From a virus: a stretch of DNA of 64,000 bases. The notes under the pieces are model-generated. The model worked only from the letters and a program-made list of their open reading frames with translations, was not told the origin of the DNA and ran no database searches. Below are positions 1 through 8,040 of the stretch, piece after piece; the stretch's first letter is position 1, and each line of letters opens with the position of its first letter. A program made the position numbers and the translations under genes. The stretch is taken from IMG/VR virus record IMGVR_UViG_3300018080_000171; one strand, 5' to 3'.

Positions 1-1245
1 ATAAAATATATTTTGAAAATTCTAAGGGTTCTAAAGCAGAAACTAAATATCTAGTCTATTAACCTTTTTTCGCGGAAATGAAAATCCCCCATTATTAAAC
101 CAAAAATAAAGATAAAACTCATTATGGATAATACCAATATAAGAGCCAAAACTCTTGATGGAGATAGAGATAATAACCAAAATGAATAAAGAACAAATAT
201 AAATTATATAACTAATGTCCTAAATCATATAATGATAACTACTGACTAAAAGGAAATAGAAAACAAAAACATTTAATATCTACTATGGAACAAAAACAGA
301 TATAAGCGACAAAATAGATAAAAGACTAACATATTGGTTCAGAAGTAATCCAAATATCGAAGTTGTAAACACAATTATGACAAATATAGAAAATGTTAAA
401 ATTATATATAATATAATATATAAATAGAATAATATCCCCAAATAGCTAATGTCAATATGAGGATAAGAATAACGACTCACCAGAGATGACACAGCTTCCA
501 ACAAAGAGAGTAATCAAAGAAAGAGTAGTAATCAAGCACTGAATAGCGATTTGCTCCAGTTCTAACACCAGAGACTCTCAAAGAGAGAATCTTGTTCAGA
601 GACCTATAACACCTTATAATAAATCACTTCGTTAAGAAGTATATTCGCTTCGTTATCATATATTATAAGCATGGTAATTAAAGTGGATAGTAGTGGAGCA
701 AAGTGGCAGAGAGTGGTGCAGAATGGTAGGAATGCCCTTTTTAACCCAATAAATGAGATGGGGGGCAAAAAAACTATAATTCAATGGTACCCCCTTATAA
801 TTCAAAAATAATAAATATTATATCTATTATTGACCTAATAACTAATATCCTTAGAAAATAGCACCGAATAAGGTATAAGAGATAACACTAAATAGGGAAT
901 TATAACACTGAATAGAAAATTCTCATCGACCCATCTCTCTTTAACGTGTCCACTTTGTCGCCAAAAATTAATAAATATAATATCTATTATATCTCTTATA
1001 TTAAGTACCATCATTGGCGACATTTCACCAGACACTTAAAAAAGTTGTACCACCGAATAAGTAAAAAACGAGAGGTACAGATTTTTAGTTGTCTGGTGGG
1101 TCGATATTTTTGCTTAGTTCACCAGACACTTAAAAATTGGATCTTATATTGTTGTAAGATATCTCTTGCACCGAATATTTAGTTGTCTGGTGAGAACTAA
1201 ATTTCGGTATATCACCAGACAGTGAAAAATAATATAATTATTTAG

Positions 1246-1274
1246 TTGAAAGTGCTTTTATATTATGTTATAAT
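1246..1274 (+). promoter_or_regulatory. sigma70-like promoter (TTGAAA-N17-TATAAT); family member TTGAAAGTGcTTT...TATAAT
   Basis: -35 TTGAAA and -10 TATAAT with about 17-nt spacing. The same TTGAAAGTG core recurs at about 4004, 4148, 9914 and 55050. Confidence 0.5.
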
Positions 1275-1319
1275 CACTTATATCAATAATAACGTTATTT
1301 TATAATGGAGCAATAAGTT

Positions 1320-2009
1320 ATGGCAGAAGTTGTTAAAAATTATTCTGACATTGAATCTGGTGTTGAAAAGTGTTTAGGTGAGCGTGAAGATATCTTTAAT
1401 AGGAGAGGTTTTTTAGTTACTCCCCGCAAATATCACATGACAATAGATCAGATAGATAAGGGTAGAAAACGTTGGTTAGAGTCTATAAAAGACGTTTCTT
1501 CTGATATTAAGTTAAAAAATAGATCATCTCATTTTTTTAATCCTTATCGTCCTAATGGTTGTTATTATGGAGCGGTTCAATCTCTTTATCTACTTGGTGC
1601 TAATGAATGGCACTCTTTTGGTCAGGTAAGGGGTAAGATGCAGGAAGATATGAGTACTCGTAAGAGTTCGACTAATAGGCATAATAGTTGGGAAAAGTTT
1701 GCATATAGGGGTGCCCGAGAGGGTGCTGCCTCTACTAAGGATCTAATGGGTAGAATAGTACAGAACTTCCGAACCCTTCAACGTTTGGGAGGCATAAATC
1801 CTTATGCCTATAAGCTCAAGCAGTTGCTGGCGACGGTCGATATTCGTCGAGAAGCAGATGGCATATGGTATTTCAAGCTCAATACTAGTTGGACTAGCAC
1901 TGAATTGGTTAAACCATTTTATAACGTTTCTGCTTATGGCGTAAAACCGGGACCCAAAGGTAGAAAAGTGGAAGGTAAGGTTATAACTTCTGATGAAGTT
2001 GCGGTATAA
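1320..2009 (+). CDS. hypothetical protein (229 aa)
   Basis: Long ATG ORF with no recognisable motif. Confidence 0.5.
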   Translation: MAEVVKNYSDIESGVEKCLGEREDIFNRRGFLVTPRKYHMTIDQIDKGRKRWLESIKDVSSDIKLKNRSSHFFNPYRPNGCYYGAVQSLYLLGANEWHSFGQVRGKMQEDMSTRKSSTNRHNSWEKFAYRGAREGAASTKDLMGRIVQNFRTLQRLGGINPYAYKLKQLLATVDIRREADGIWYFKLNTSWTSTELVKPFYNVSAYGVKPGPKGRKVEGKVITSDEVAV

Positions 2010-2109
2010 CCCCCTATAGTTTGAGAGGGAGTTCTTACTTTCGTTTTGGTGGGAATTCTCTTTCTTTTATTCTCGCGAAAAATAGTTATGATAGCACTGA
2101 ATAAAGTAA

Positions 2110-2184
2110 ACCACAAGATGTAGAGGGTATGATATTAAACAGAGGGCAATACCCTCTATATATAGTATATGAAAGGAAAGAAGT
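2110..2184 (+). repeat. about 70-bp direct repeat copy 1 (contains inverted repeat AGAGGGTAT/ATACCCTCT and a TATATATAGTATAT box)
   Basis: Near-identical copy at 2406-2480. Both lie immediately upstream of an ATG. Confidence 0.6.
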
Positions 2185-2406
2185 ATGGGTTTTAATAATT
2201 CGGAATTAAGTCAACGTTCTCTTAAGATTATATCATGTATATCTTTATTCTTAATAGGTCTAATCGTTTTACTTATTGGTTTATGGATATGTAAAATTCC
2301 ACTGATTGGTATGGTTTTTGTTGTCTTGGGTGGTGCATCGGTTTTCTTCGGGATAATCCCAATGATAGCTTTTTGGTGTACTTGGCAAGATTTAAGTGAT
2401 AAGTAA
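2185..2406 (+). CDS. small membrane protein (2 predicted TM)
   Basis: Hydrophobic 73-aa ORF flanked by the two direct repeats. Confidence 0.45.
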   Translation: MGFNNSELSQRSLKIISCISLFLIGLIVLLIGLWICKIPLIGMVFVVLGGASVFFGIIPMIAFWCTWQDLSDK

Positions 2407-2480
2407 CCACAAGATGTAGAGGGTATGATATTAAGTTGAGGGTAATACCCTCTATATATAGTATATAAGAAAGAATAACT
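2406..2480 (+). repeat. about 70-bp direct repeat copy 2
   Basis: Sequence match to 2110-2184. Confidence 0.6.
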
Positions 2481-2933
2481 ATGGGTCCACAAAAGGAATT
2501 AATACTAAATGAGGGTGAAGTTGCCTTTTATAATGGCACATTAAGGTATAAGAACCCTTATAGTGATCCTGAATCTATTGAATGGTGGTTTCTTGGTTAC
2601 GATGCAGCTGAAGAGAAGCATAACTTATTTGTTGATAACAAGAGATTGTTACTGGAGAACGAGGAATTATCTAAGAAGAATAAATCTCTTAATTGTCATA
2701 TTGTAGAATTAAGTTCAGAGCAGTCAACTGAGTTAAATGATTTAGAGAAGCAGATTCGGACTCTGACTTCTTCCTTAATTAAAAGCAAAGAGATAGTCGG
2801 TGATCTGGTAGAAGAGATTAATGATAAAAACGAGAGTATCAAAAAATTGATATCTTGGATTGATAGTAAGAAGACTCTTCTTTTTATATCTCGCGAAAAA
2901 TTAATAGCTGATTTAAAAAAAATATTAAAATAG
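2481..2933 (+). CDS. hypothetical coiled-coil protein (150 aa)
   Basis: ATG ORF with a heptad-rich C-terminal half. Confidence 0.5.
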   Translation: MGPQKELILNEGEVAFYNGTLRYKNPYSDPESIEWWFLGYDAAEEKHNLFVDNKRLLLENEELSKKNKSLNCHIVELSSEQSTELNDLEKQIRTLTSSLIKSKEIVGDLVEEINDKNESIKKLISWIDSKKTLLFISREKLIADLKKILK

Positions 2934-2936
2934 TCC

Positions 2937-2965
2937 TTGACAATGGTTGTTCGATGTGATATATT
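2937..2965 (+). promoter_or_regulatory. canonical sigma70 promoter TTGACA-N17-TATATT
   Basis: Exact -35 hexamer, 17-nt spacer and a -10 element, sitting 35 nt upstream of the ATPase gene. Confidence 0.55.
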
Positions 2966-3000
2966 AGTCACAAATGGAATAACTTTAAGAGGCAACAACT

Positions 3001-4002
3001 ATGTTCAAGAGATTAAATGACATTAAATATTCAGAGGCAAAACGCTTTTCTACTGGAATCGCTGACTTAGATTGGATATATAGTGGTAAAGGTAAGAACT
3101 GGGGTCTCCCTGAAGGCAAGATAAGTTTATGGAGTGGTCCCAGTGGTTGTGGTAAAAGTCGGTCTTTAATTACTCTGTCGAAGAGAATGAGTGAGGCTGG
3201 TCATAATGTTATCTATTTTCAGAACGAAGTTAACTTAGGTGATTTTCGTTCATGGGCTGGTAATGAGCCATTATCTCAGAATCTTTATGCCTCTGATTCC
3301 ACATCTCTAAAAAAACAGATTGATGAGATTACGATGAGTAAATCTCGGGTAGCTATTATCGATAGTATTGGTTTGATAGATGAATTTGGTAATGGTCATG
3401 AGAGTAAGGTAAAGGATATTTATTCTCATTATCGTGAATTATGTAAGAAGACAGGTGTCCATGTCATCTTTGTCTGTCAGTTAAACAGTAATTATCAGAT
3501 AAAAGGTTCTACTTCGGTCTTATATTTGGCTGATATCTCAGTTGACTTAGATAGATACGTTGTTGATAATAAGATAATAAAGAACCATTTCCGTATTGGG
3601 ATAAATGGTCGTAATGGTGGGAAACATAGATACGGTCCAATGGGAGATGATATTACTACTCTTTGGAAGTACTCACCTGAAGGTGCTGAGTGTGTCTCTA
3701 CCAATAGGTTGAAGGACAAAGAGTGGTGTAATGGTCATGATTTACAGCTAAATCGTTTTGATAAAAATGGTTATGATAAGAACGGCTATAATAAGCTAGG
3801 TTTTGATAAGGATGGTCATTATAATGAGCAGATACTCCGAGATATTTTAGGAGATGAGCGTGTAGACGCTATCAAGGTTAAAAATGCTAAGGCTAGAGAG
3901 TTAGACGATGGTCGTATATTGTTCGATAAGAATAATCCTGATCGTGGCTATTTTTATCCTTTAGATCCTGTAACATTTAAAGAAATTAAAAAAAATGTTT
4001 GA
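3001..4002 (+). CDS. RecA-superfamily ATPase (RadA/Sak4/DnaB-C-like)
   Basis: Walker A GPSGCGKS and Walker B VAIIDSIG, with Asp/Gly-rich KNGYDKNGY repeats at the C-terminus. Confidence 0.6.
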   Translation: MFKRLNDIKYSEAKRFSTGIADLDWIYSGKGKNWGLPEGKISLWSGPSGCGKSRSLITLSKRMSEAGHNVIYFQNEVNLGDFRSWAGNEPLSQNLYASDSTSLKKQIDEITMSKSRVAIIDSIGLIDEFGNGHESKVKDIYSHYRELCKKTGVHVIFVCQLNSNYQIKGSTSVLYLADISVDLDRYVVDNKIIKNHFRIGINGRNGGKHRYGPMGDDITTLWKYSPEGAECVSTNRLKDKEWCNGHDLQLNRFDKNGYDKNGYNKLGFDKDGHYNEQILRDILGDERVDAIKVKNAKARELDDGRILFDKNNPDRGYFYPLDPVTFKEIKKNV

Positions 4003-4147
4003 AAGTGATTTATTTTATGTTATAGTAGTATTTGTAGTAATCAAGCAGTTGACCTAATGGATAACTTGCACCGGTGTCTGTCCTACCGATAAAGATGACA
4101 GTTCTCTTGATTACTACATTTTTTTTAAAAAAAGTTAATATTTTCCT

Positions 4148-4175
4148 TTGAAAGTGTTTTTATTTATGGTATAAT
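4148..4175 (+). promoter_or_regulatory. sigma70-like promoter TTGAAA-N16-TATAAT heading the tRNA region
   Basis: TTGAAAGTG family member. Confidence 0.5.
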
Positions 4176-4273
4176 GCTTTTTCGAGGCAAGGGCAATGCG
4201 TTGTTGCTGCTTGCAAGTAATGTCTTCTTTGTGTTTTTATTATATGGCATTGCGATTTAGTAATTGGAATTGG

Positions 4274-4330
4274 GGAGACCCTAAAAACTCTAAAAACTAG
4301 GGTTATCCCCTTATTTTAAAAAAAGTATCG
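4274..4330 (+). terminator. long hairpin followed by a T-run (GGGGAGACCCTAA...TAGGGTTATCCCC-TTATTTT)
   Basis: Inverted repeat followed by a T-rich tract. Confidence 0.4.
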
Positions 4331-4376
4331 AATTTAGTAAAGTTTTGCTTGATTATTGACGATATATAAATATAAC

Positions 4377-4458
4377 GACGAAGAAGCAGTTGGGTCTTAT
4401 CTGCTAACATTTGGGAAACTTCTTGTTAGTTTTGGGGCGGTTCGAATCCGTCCTTCGC
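4377..4458 (+). tRNA. tRNA-like gene, atypical (about 9 extra nt in the anticodon arm; 3' CCA encoded)
   Basis: T-arm GGCGG-TTCGAAT-CCGTC, acceptor GACGAAG/CTTCGCC with one A:C, D-arm GCAG/CTGC. Confidence 0.3.
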
Positions 4459-4543
4459 CATTTATAATATTATAAAGTTTCCTATACAAGGAGTATAGGA
4501 GTGAAGGGATTATACACGGTTCTTTCTTTATAATTTTGTGTGA

Positions 4544-4643
4544 TTTAGTAACGGATGGATGAAAACCTAGTTTAGCGACATGGTGAGCGTCTTGATGGTT
4601 TGACCTTTCGCTAGGGTTGTGGTGTCGAATCCACTTAAATCAT
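4544..4643 (+). tRNA. tRNA-like element, about 100 nt (acceptor GATTTAG/TTAAATC; aberrant T-loop)
   Basis: Complementary 7-nt termini flank a GTGG-TGTCGAAT-CCAC arm. The interior does not fold canonically. Confidence 0.25.
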
Positions 4644-4660
4644 TTGTTATTACGAGGCAT

Positions 4661-4739
4661 GAAACATTACTTCGGTAATAGGCAAGCTAACTTGTTTTCG
4701 CGACGTAGTTAGTTGAAGGTTCGACTCCTTCCTTCGTAG
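4661..4739 (+). tRNA. tRNA-like gene (acceptor TACGAGG/CTTCGTA, T-arm GAAGG-TTCGACT-CCTTC); long, interior unresolved
   Basis: Acceptor and T-arm pair well. The anticodon was not determined. Confidence 0.3.
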
Positions 4740-4878
4740 TTAAGTCCGACATACTAAAATATTTTTAAAAAAGATTAAAGTAAAAAAAGGATTATTCCGA
4801 TAGATAAGGAATAAGAGTATAATAGAAAATTAACAGAATCAAGGATTACCCAAAATGACAACTTTTACAAACAATTTA

Positions 4879-4907
4879 TTGACAGAATGGTTATGTTCGA
4901 GTATTAT
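4879..4907 (+). promoter_or_regulatory. sigma70 promoter TTGACA-N17-TATTAT
   Basis: Consensus hexamers. The transcript would cover a short leader or small ORF and then the tRNA block. Confidence 0.45.
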
Positions 4908-5183
4908 ACTCAGACAACAGCCTGTGTATATGCACGTCCCTGCCAATTTTGCGTCAGATAAAGAACGTGATGGGTAGCCGCTTTTGATTTTATATTTCCT
5001 CCCCCCCAAATCAAAGGCGACTATCGAAAGACAGTTGCCTTTTTTAATGGATACTAATAAAATGGAAAACGAGATGACAGAATTTTTAGAACAATTGAAT
5101 AGAGCAAGCGAAATCAGAGAGTTTTATATTCTCGCGAAGGTAAATGGTTTTGTAGAAGGGAATCCCGAAGTAGAGGGATATAA

Positions 5184-5258
5184 GCCCGATTAACTCAGTA
5201 CGGTTAGAGTGCCACTCTTACAAAGTGAAGGTCGTTGGTTCGAATCCAACATTGGGTA
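5184..5258 (+). tRNA. tRNA-Val(TAC)
   Basis: Acceptor GCCCGAT/ATTGGGT (G:U), D-stem ACTC/GAGT, anticodon loop CTTACAA, T-arm GTTGG-TTCGAAT-CCAAC. Confidence 0.5.
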
Positions 5259-5283
5259 TTAAAAAGTAAATAAGTAATAGCAT

Positions 5284-5355
5284 GGCCCGGTCGTCTAATA
5301 GTTAGGATACGACCCTTTCAAGGTTGAGACATGGGAGCGTAACCCATTCGGGCTA
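5284..5355 (+). tRNA. tRNA-Glu(TTC) with a non-canonical T-loop (AGCGTAA)
   Basis: D-arm TCGTCTAATAGTTAGGAT resembles the E. coli tRNA-Glu D-arm. Anticodon stem CGACC/GGTTG with loop CTTTCAA. Confidence 0.5.
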
Positions 5356-5456
5356 TTATAAAAGTAAGCGGGTAGACCCGTAACGTAGAGGTTAAGTTCT
5401 TCCTCGGTAAAAAAAAGAACTAGTTCTTTAAAAAGTAAATAGAGTTATAAAGTATT

Positions 5457-5528
5457 GGAGAAGTAGCTCAGTGGTAGAGCGAGAGGTTGAAGGTCTCTGC
5501 GTGGGTGGTTCGATTCCACTTTTCTCCA
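5457..5528 (+). tRNA. tRNA-Phe(GAA)
   Basis: Acceptor GGAGAAG/TTTCTCC, D-arm GCTC-AGTGGTA-GAGC, loop TTGAAGG, T-arm GGTGG-TTCGATT-CCACT. Confidence 0.7.
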
Positions 5529-5602
5529 TTTTTATTAAAGGATTTTAACTTAAAATATGGAGTTTCTGACAATGCAATAAGGAAATGGTTAAAATAAATT
5601 AT

Positions 5603-5676
5603 TGGGGTGTAGTTCAGTTGGCAAGAATAACGGTTTTTGATGCCGTAGGTCGCTGGTTCGAGTCCAGCCACCCCAG
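5603..5676 (+). tRNA. tRNA-Gln(TTG)
   Basis: Acceptor TGGGGTG/CACCCCA, anticodon stem ACGGT/GCCGT with loop TTTTGAT, T-arm GCTGG-TTCGAGT-CCAGC. Confidence 0.6.
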
Positions 5677-5711
5677 TTATAACGCAATAAGAAAATGGTT
5701 AAAATAAATAT

Positions 5712-5783
5712 AGGCTGTTGGTGAAATTGGTATCATTCTGCTCTCCAAAAGCAAGGTTTAGGGTTCGAGTCCCTAGCAGCCTG
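5712..5783 (+). tRNA. tRNA-Trp(CCA)
   Basis: Anticodon loop CTCCAAA, T-arm TAGGG-TTCGAGT-CCCTA, acceptor AGGCTGT/GCAGCCT. Confidence 0.55.
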
Positions 5784-5788
5784 TTTAA

Positions 5789-5878
5789 GGGGAGGTAGTT
5801 TAATTGGTAAAACATCTGTCCACGTCTGGCCAGACTATTGAAAACAGAAGATTGTACGTTCGAATCGTACCCTCCACG
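5789..5878 (+). tRNA. atypical 90-nt tRNA-like gene with an insertion of roughly 16 nt in the anticodon arm
   Basis: Acceptor GGGGAGG/CCTCCAC, D-arm GTTT/AAAC, T-arm GTACG-TTCGAAT-CGTAC. TCTGT...ACAGA encloses 23 nt that include the palindrome GTCTGGCCAGAC. Confidence 0.35.
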
Positions 5879-5883
5879 TTTAT

Positions 5884-5957
5884 GCGGATGAAGCTTATTT
5901 GGTAAAGCACCTGACTTTTAATCAGGAGTCTTCTCGGTTCAAATCCGAGTATCCGTA
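5884..5957 (+). tRNA. tRNA-Lys(TTT)
   Basis: Anticodon stem CCTGA/TCAGG with loop CTTTTAA, T-arm CTCGG-TTCAAAT-CCGAG, acceptor GCGGATG/TATCCGT. Confidence 0.65.
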
Positions 5958-5963
5958 TTTAAA

Positions 5964-6035
5964 CTCTCTGTAGTATAATGGCAAACATGCATGTTTTGGG
6001 AACATGTGATGCAGGTTCGATTCCTGCCAGGGAAC
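5964..6035 (+). tRNA. tRNA-Pro(TGG), copy 1
   Basis: Anticodon stem CATGT/ACATG with loop TTTGGGA, T-arm GCAGG-TTCGATT-CCTGC. Confidence 0.5.
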
Positions 6036-6056
6036 GAGCAAAAAAGATAGGTATCT

Positions 6057-6147
6057 ACCCAGGTACGCTAATTAGGTAAGCGGAACGGCTGTTAACCGTT
6101 TGTAATCCGTCTTGAACGGTATGGAGGTTCGATTCCTCCCTTGGGTG
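6057..6147 (+). tRNA. class-II (long variable arm) tRNA with anticodon GTT (an Asn anticodon on a Ser/Tyr-type scaffold)
   Basis: Acceptor ACCCAGG/CTTGGGT, 3-bp D-stem CGC/GCG, anticodon stem AACGG/CCGTT with loop CTGTTAA, variable-arm hairpin CCGT-CTTGA-ACGG, T-arm GGAGG-TTCGATT-CCTCC. Confidence 0.4.
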
Positions 6148-6153
6148 TTTGAT

Positions 6154-6224
6154 TGTCCCTTGGTGTAGAGGTAGCATTACGGTTTCTGACACCGTCGGCG
6201 AGAGTTCGAATCTCTTGGGGACTG
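6154..6224 (+). tRNA. tRNA-Gln(CTG)
   Basis: Anticodon stem ACGGT/ACCGT with loop TTCTGAC, T-arm GAGAG-TTCGAAT-CTCTT. Confidence 0.5.
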
Positions 6225-6228
6225 TTTT

Positions 6229-6288
6229 GGGATAGATAACAGTGGGAGCCTGCTGCAGCAGTTACGGGTTCGATTCCCGTCTATTCCA
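6229..6288 (+). tRNA. truncated tRNA-like element (about 60 nt)
   Basis: Acceptor GGGATAG/CTATTCC and a perfect T-arm ACGGG-TTCGATT-CCCGT, but no room for both a D arm and an anticodon arm. Confidence 0.25.
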
Positions 6289-6477
6289 TTTATAACTCTA
6301 ATAAGTTATATCGTAATATGTTGCGACTTATGTCTTAATGACGCGTTTTGTCGCCTTGTATTATGAATTGTTCTTTTAAAAATTAATATGAGTATATCCA
6401 AAAATGTTAAAACCTCACTAGAGGAGACTAACACTGAATAGAGATCCTCTTGAAAGTGTAGTCCCTCTAGTTTTTAC

Positions 6478-6551
6478 AGACCTGAAGCTCAGTCTGGTTG
6501 AGCAATCCGCTGATAACGGATCGGTCGGTGGTTCGAATCCACTCAGGTCTA
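6478..6551 (+). tRNA. tRNA-Ile(GAT)
   Basis: Acceptor AGACCTG/CAGGTCT, D-arm GCTC/GAGC, anticodon stem ATCCG/CGGAT with loop CTGATAA, T-arm GGTGG-TTCGAAT-CCACT. Confidence 0.7.
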
Positions 6552-6557
6552 TTTTAA

Positions 6558-6631
6558 CGCGATATCGTCTAGTTGGTCTAGGACATCACCCTGTCACGGT
6601 GAAGACCGGGGTTCAAATCCCCGTATCGTGA
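6558..6631 (+). tRNA. tRNA-Asp(GTC)
   Basis: Anticodon stem TCACC/GGTGA with loop CTGTCAC, T-arm CGGGG-TTCAAAT-CCCCG, acceptor CGCGATA/TATCGTG. Confidence 0.65.
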
Positions 6632-6649
6632 ATTTTGAATATATATTTG

Positions 6650-6725
6650 TAAGGGTTGCCAGATTGTTGGTTATCGCTATTCGGAAGCAGTAGTGTAGGT
6701 TCGAATCCTACTCTCTCGATTTAGT
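6650..6725 (+). ncRNA. tRNA-like 3' element (T-arm plus 3' acceptor strand TCTCTCG) with the conserved 5' motif GGGTTG..AGATTGTTGGTTATCG; paralogue A
   Basis: Perfect T-arm GTAGG-TTCGAAT-CCTAC, but no upstream partner for the acceptor strand. The 5' part is conserved with the 8136 and 9561 copies. Confidence 0.3.
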
Positions 6726-6743
6726 ATTTTTTCACCGAGAGAT

Positions 6744-6789
6744 AGTGTAATGGCAGCACGCTTAAAAACTTCAACTTTCACCTTTTCAT

Positions 6790-6790
<1 letters not shown>
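6744..6790 (+). ncRNA. tRNA 5'-half-like element (acceptor CGAGAGA, D-arm GTGT-AATGGCA-GCAC, then CTTAAAAAC...)
   Basis: CGAGAGA is the exact complement of the upstream 3' strand TCTCTCG, which gives a permuted 3'-half/5'-half order. It is followed by an intron-like core. Confidence 0.3.
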
Positions 6791-6950
<160 letters not shown>

Positions 6951-6951
6951 A

Positions 6952-7033
6952 GGCAGTATTGAGCAGTTGGTGGCTCGGGTGGCTGTAACCCACTTTCCGT
7001 AAGGACTTATAGGTTCGAATCCTATTACTGTCA
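6952..7033 (+). tRNA. tRNA-Tyr(GTA), class II
   Basis: Acceptor GGCAGTA/TACTGTC, D-arm GAGC/GCTC, anticodon stem GGTGG/CCACT with loop CTGTAAC, variable hairpin TCC-GTAA-GGA, T-arm ATAGG-TTCGAAT-CCTAT. Confidence 0.65.
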
Positions 7034-7066
7034 TTAAAGGTTTTTTCCCGCGGATAAATAATATAT

Positions 7067-7279
7067 ATGTATAATTTATTATTTGGGAGATATATTATGA
7101 TTGAAGTTTTAAAGACATTGGCAACGAAGGTATCAGGTTCAGGTCCTATTGTGACGACAGCTATGATACTTATTTATATGTTAGCTACAGCAGCGACAGT
7201 ATCAAATTTTCTATTAAGTGTTAGTTTGATTACATTTCTTGCTGTATTTTCCATTGTTATTCAATGTTTTAAAGGGTAG
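7067..7279 (+). CDS. small hydrophobic protein (70 aa)
   Basis: ATG ORF lying between tRNAs. TM-like composition. Weak call. Confidence 0.3.
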   Translation: MYNLLFGRYIMIEVLKTLATKVSGSGPIVTTAMILIYMLATAATVSNFLLSVSLITFLAVFSIVIQCFKG

Positions 7280-7358
7280 GCAAGCCAATTGGCGATGGCA
7301 CCTCACTGCTAATGAGACGAGCGTAACTGCCTTGGAGGTTCGATTCCTCTTCTACCCG
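7274..7358 (+). tRNA. tRNA-Ser(GCT), class II
   Basis: Acceptor GGGTAGG/TCTACCC, D-stem GCC/GGC, loop CTGCTAA, long variable arm, T-arm GGAGG-TTCGATT-CCTCT. Confidence 0.55.
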
Positions 7359-7461
7359 TTTCCATATGGATTTCTAAAGCTCTTGTGAAAGCTCTTATGA
7401 GTTAGTACAAAAAATCTAACGCGGAAACGTTAGGTCCTTCTATACAGTTTGGGAAGGAAAT

Positions 7462-7541
7462 TGGATGATAGCGGGGAAGGTCCCCAATGAGCCTTGAAAG
7501 CTCTGCCAGCCGCAAGGTTGATGGTTCGATTCCTTTATCAT
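7462..7541 (+). tRNA. tRNA-Ser(TGA)-like, atypical (8-bp acceptor GGATGATA/TATCATCC, short D-loop, mismatched T-stem)
   Basis: Anticodon stem TGAGC/GCTCT with loop CTTGAAA. Acceptor strands are perfectly complementary. Confidence 0.4.
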
Positions 7542-7544
7542 CCG

Positions 7545-7591
7545 TTTTAAAAGGTGATGGAGGTTCGACTCCCTCTCCTTCCGCTTTTTAA
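7545..7591 (+). ncRNA. tRNA 3'-fragment (T-arm AGGTTCGACTCC plus TCCTTCC G), tRNA-Sec-3'-end-like
   Basis: Resembles the E. coli selC 3' end (AGGTTCGACTCC...TCTTCCG). Its complement GGAAGGA lies at 7454-7460, upstream of the tRNA-Ser-like gene. Confidence 0.3.
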
Positions 7592-7647
7592 TTTTTTGAA
7601 AATAAAGTATTGGAAAGTGAAATATAATCCGATATAATAATGATATT

Positions 7648-7724
7648 GCGGGTGAGTGGCATGGACATATAAACCACGCCAGGCTCATAACCTGGAAATA
7701 GCAGCGTTCGACTCCTGCACCCGC
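7648..7724 (+). tRNA. tRNA-Met/Ile2(CAT) with an enlarged T-loop
   Basis: Anticodon stem CCAGG/CCTGG with loop CTCATAA, acceptor GCGGGTG/CACCCGC, T-arm GCAG-CGTTCGACTC-CTGC. Confidence 0.45.
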
Positions 7725-7726
7725 TA

Positions 7727-8040
7727 TTAAGCCGTAAGGCTAACGAAGACCTGTTTGTTGTACAGGTACATATATAAGGCTTGAGCTGGACGCACCGGCA
7801 GAGAGATAATAGATATGTAAAGTCTACTGAGTGTAAGGGTAAATGCGAATAAGTCCTGGAAAGTAAGTAGATACTGGAATACCAGGTTAAATCCTTCTGG
7901 TAACTGAGTGATCATGTTGTACAACAGGTAAAACCTTTTGAGTGTAGGTATAGGCTAAACACTTATTTAAGTAATCTTGGCATGAATTAACATGTTAGTA
8001 CTGAGCAGAGATGATGAGGCACTGCGAGATTACTTTTTAT
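7727..8040 (+). ncRNA. roughly 310-nt hairpin-rich intergenic region between two CAT tRNAs (candidate structured RNA)
   Basis: Several stable hairpins (AGCC-GTAA-GGCT, CCTGT..ACAGG, CCTGG..CCAGG) and no convincing ORF. Confidence 0.25.

Noticed and set aside
283-1182. Short ORFs in the first 1.2 kb (283-504 minus, 835-1035 minus, 946-1182 plus)
   Set aside because: Low-complexity AT-rich sequence with no RBS. The region is better explained by repeats and motif copies.
4377-4740. The first three atypical tRNA-like loci as a split tmRNA (ssrA)
   Set aside because: There is no GGGG..GA 5' tRNA-like start, no tag-peptide reading frame (ANDENYALAA-like) and no pseudoknot-rich region.
5468-5671. 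67-aa minus-strand ORF (and similar ORFs at 7440-7688, 7727-7924, 9769-9951, 10680-10877 and 14710-14907)
   Set aside because: They lie entirely over tRNA genes, and their sequences are simply translations of conserved tRNA stems such as GGTTCGAATCC. They are not credible CDS.
7727-8040. A group I intron inside the flanking CAT tRNAs
   Set aside because: Both flanking tRNAs are complete without it. The hairpins do not include recognisable P4-P7 core motifs, unlike the 6790-6950 segment. It is kept only as a candidate structured spacer.
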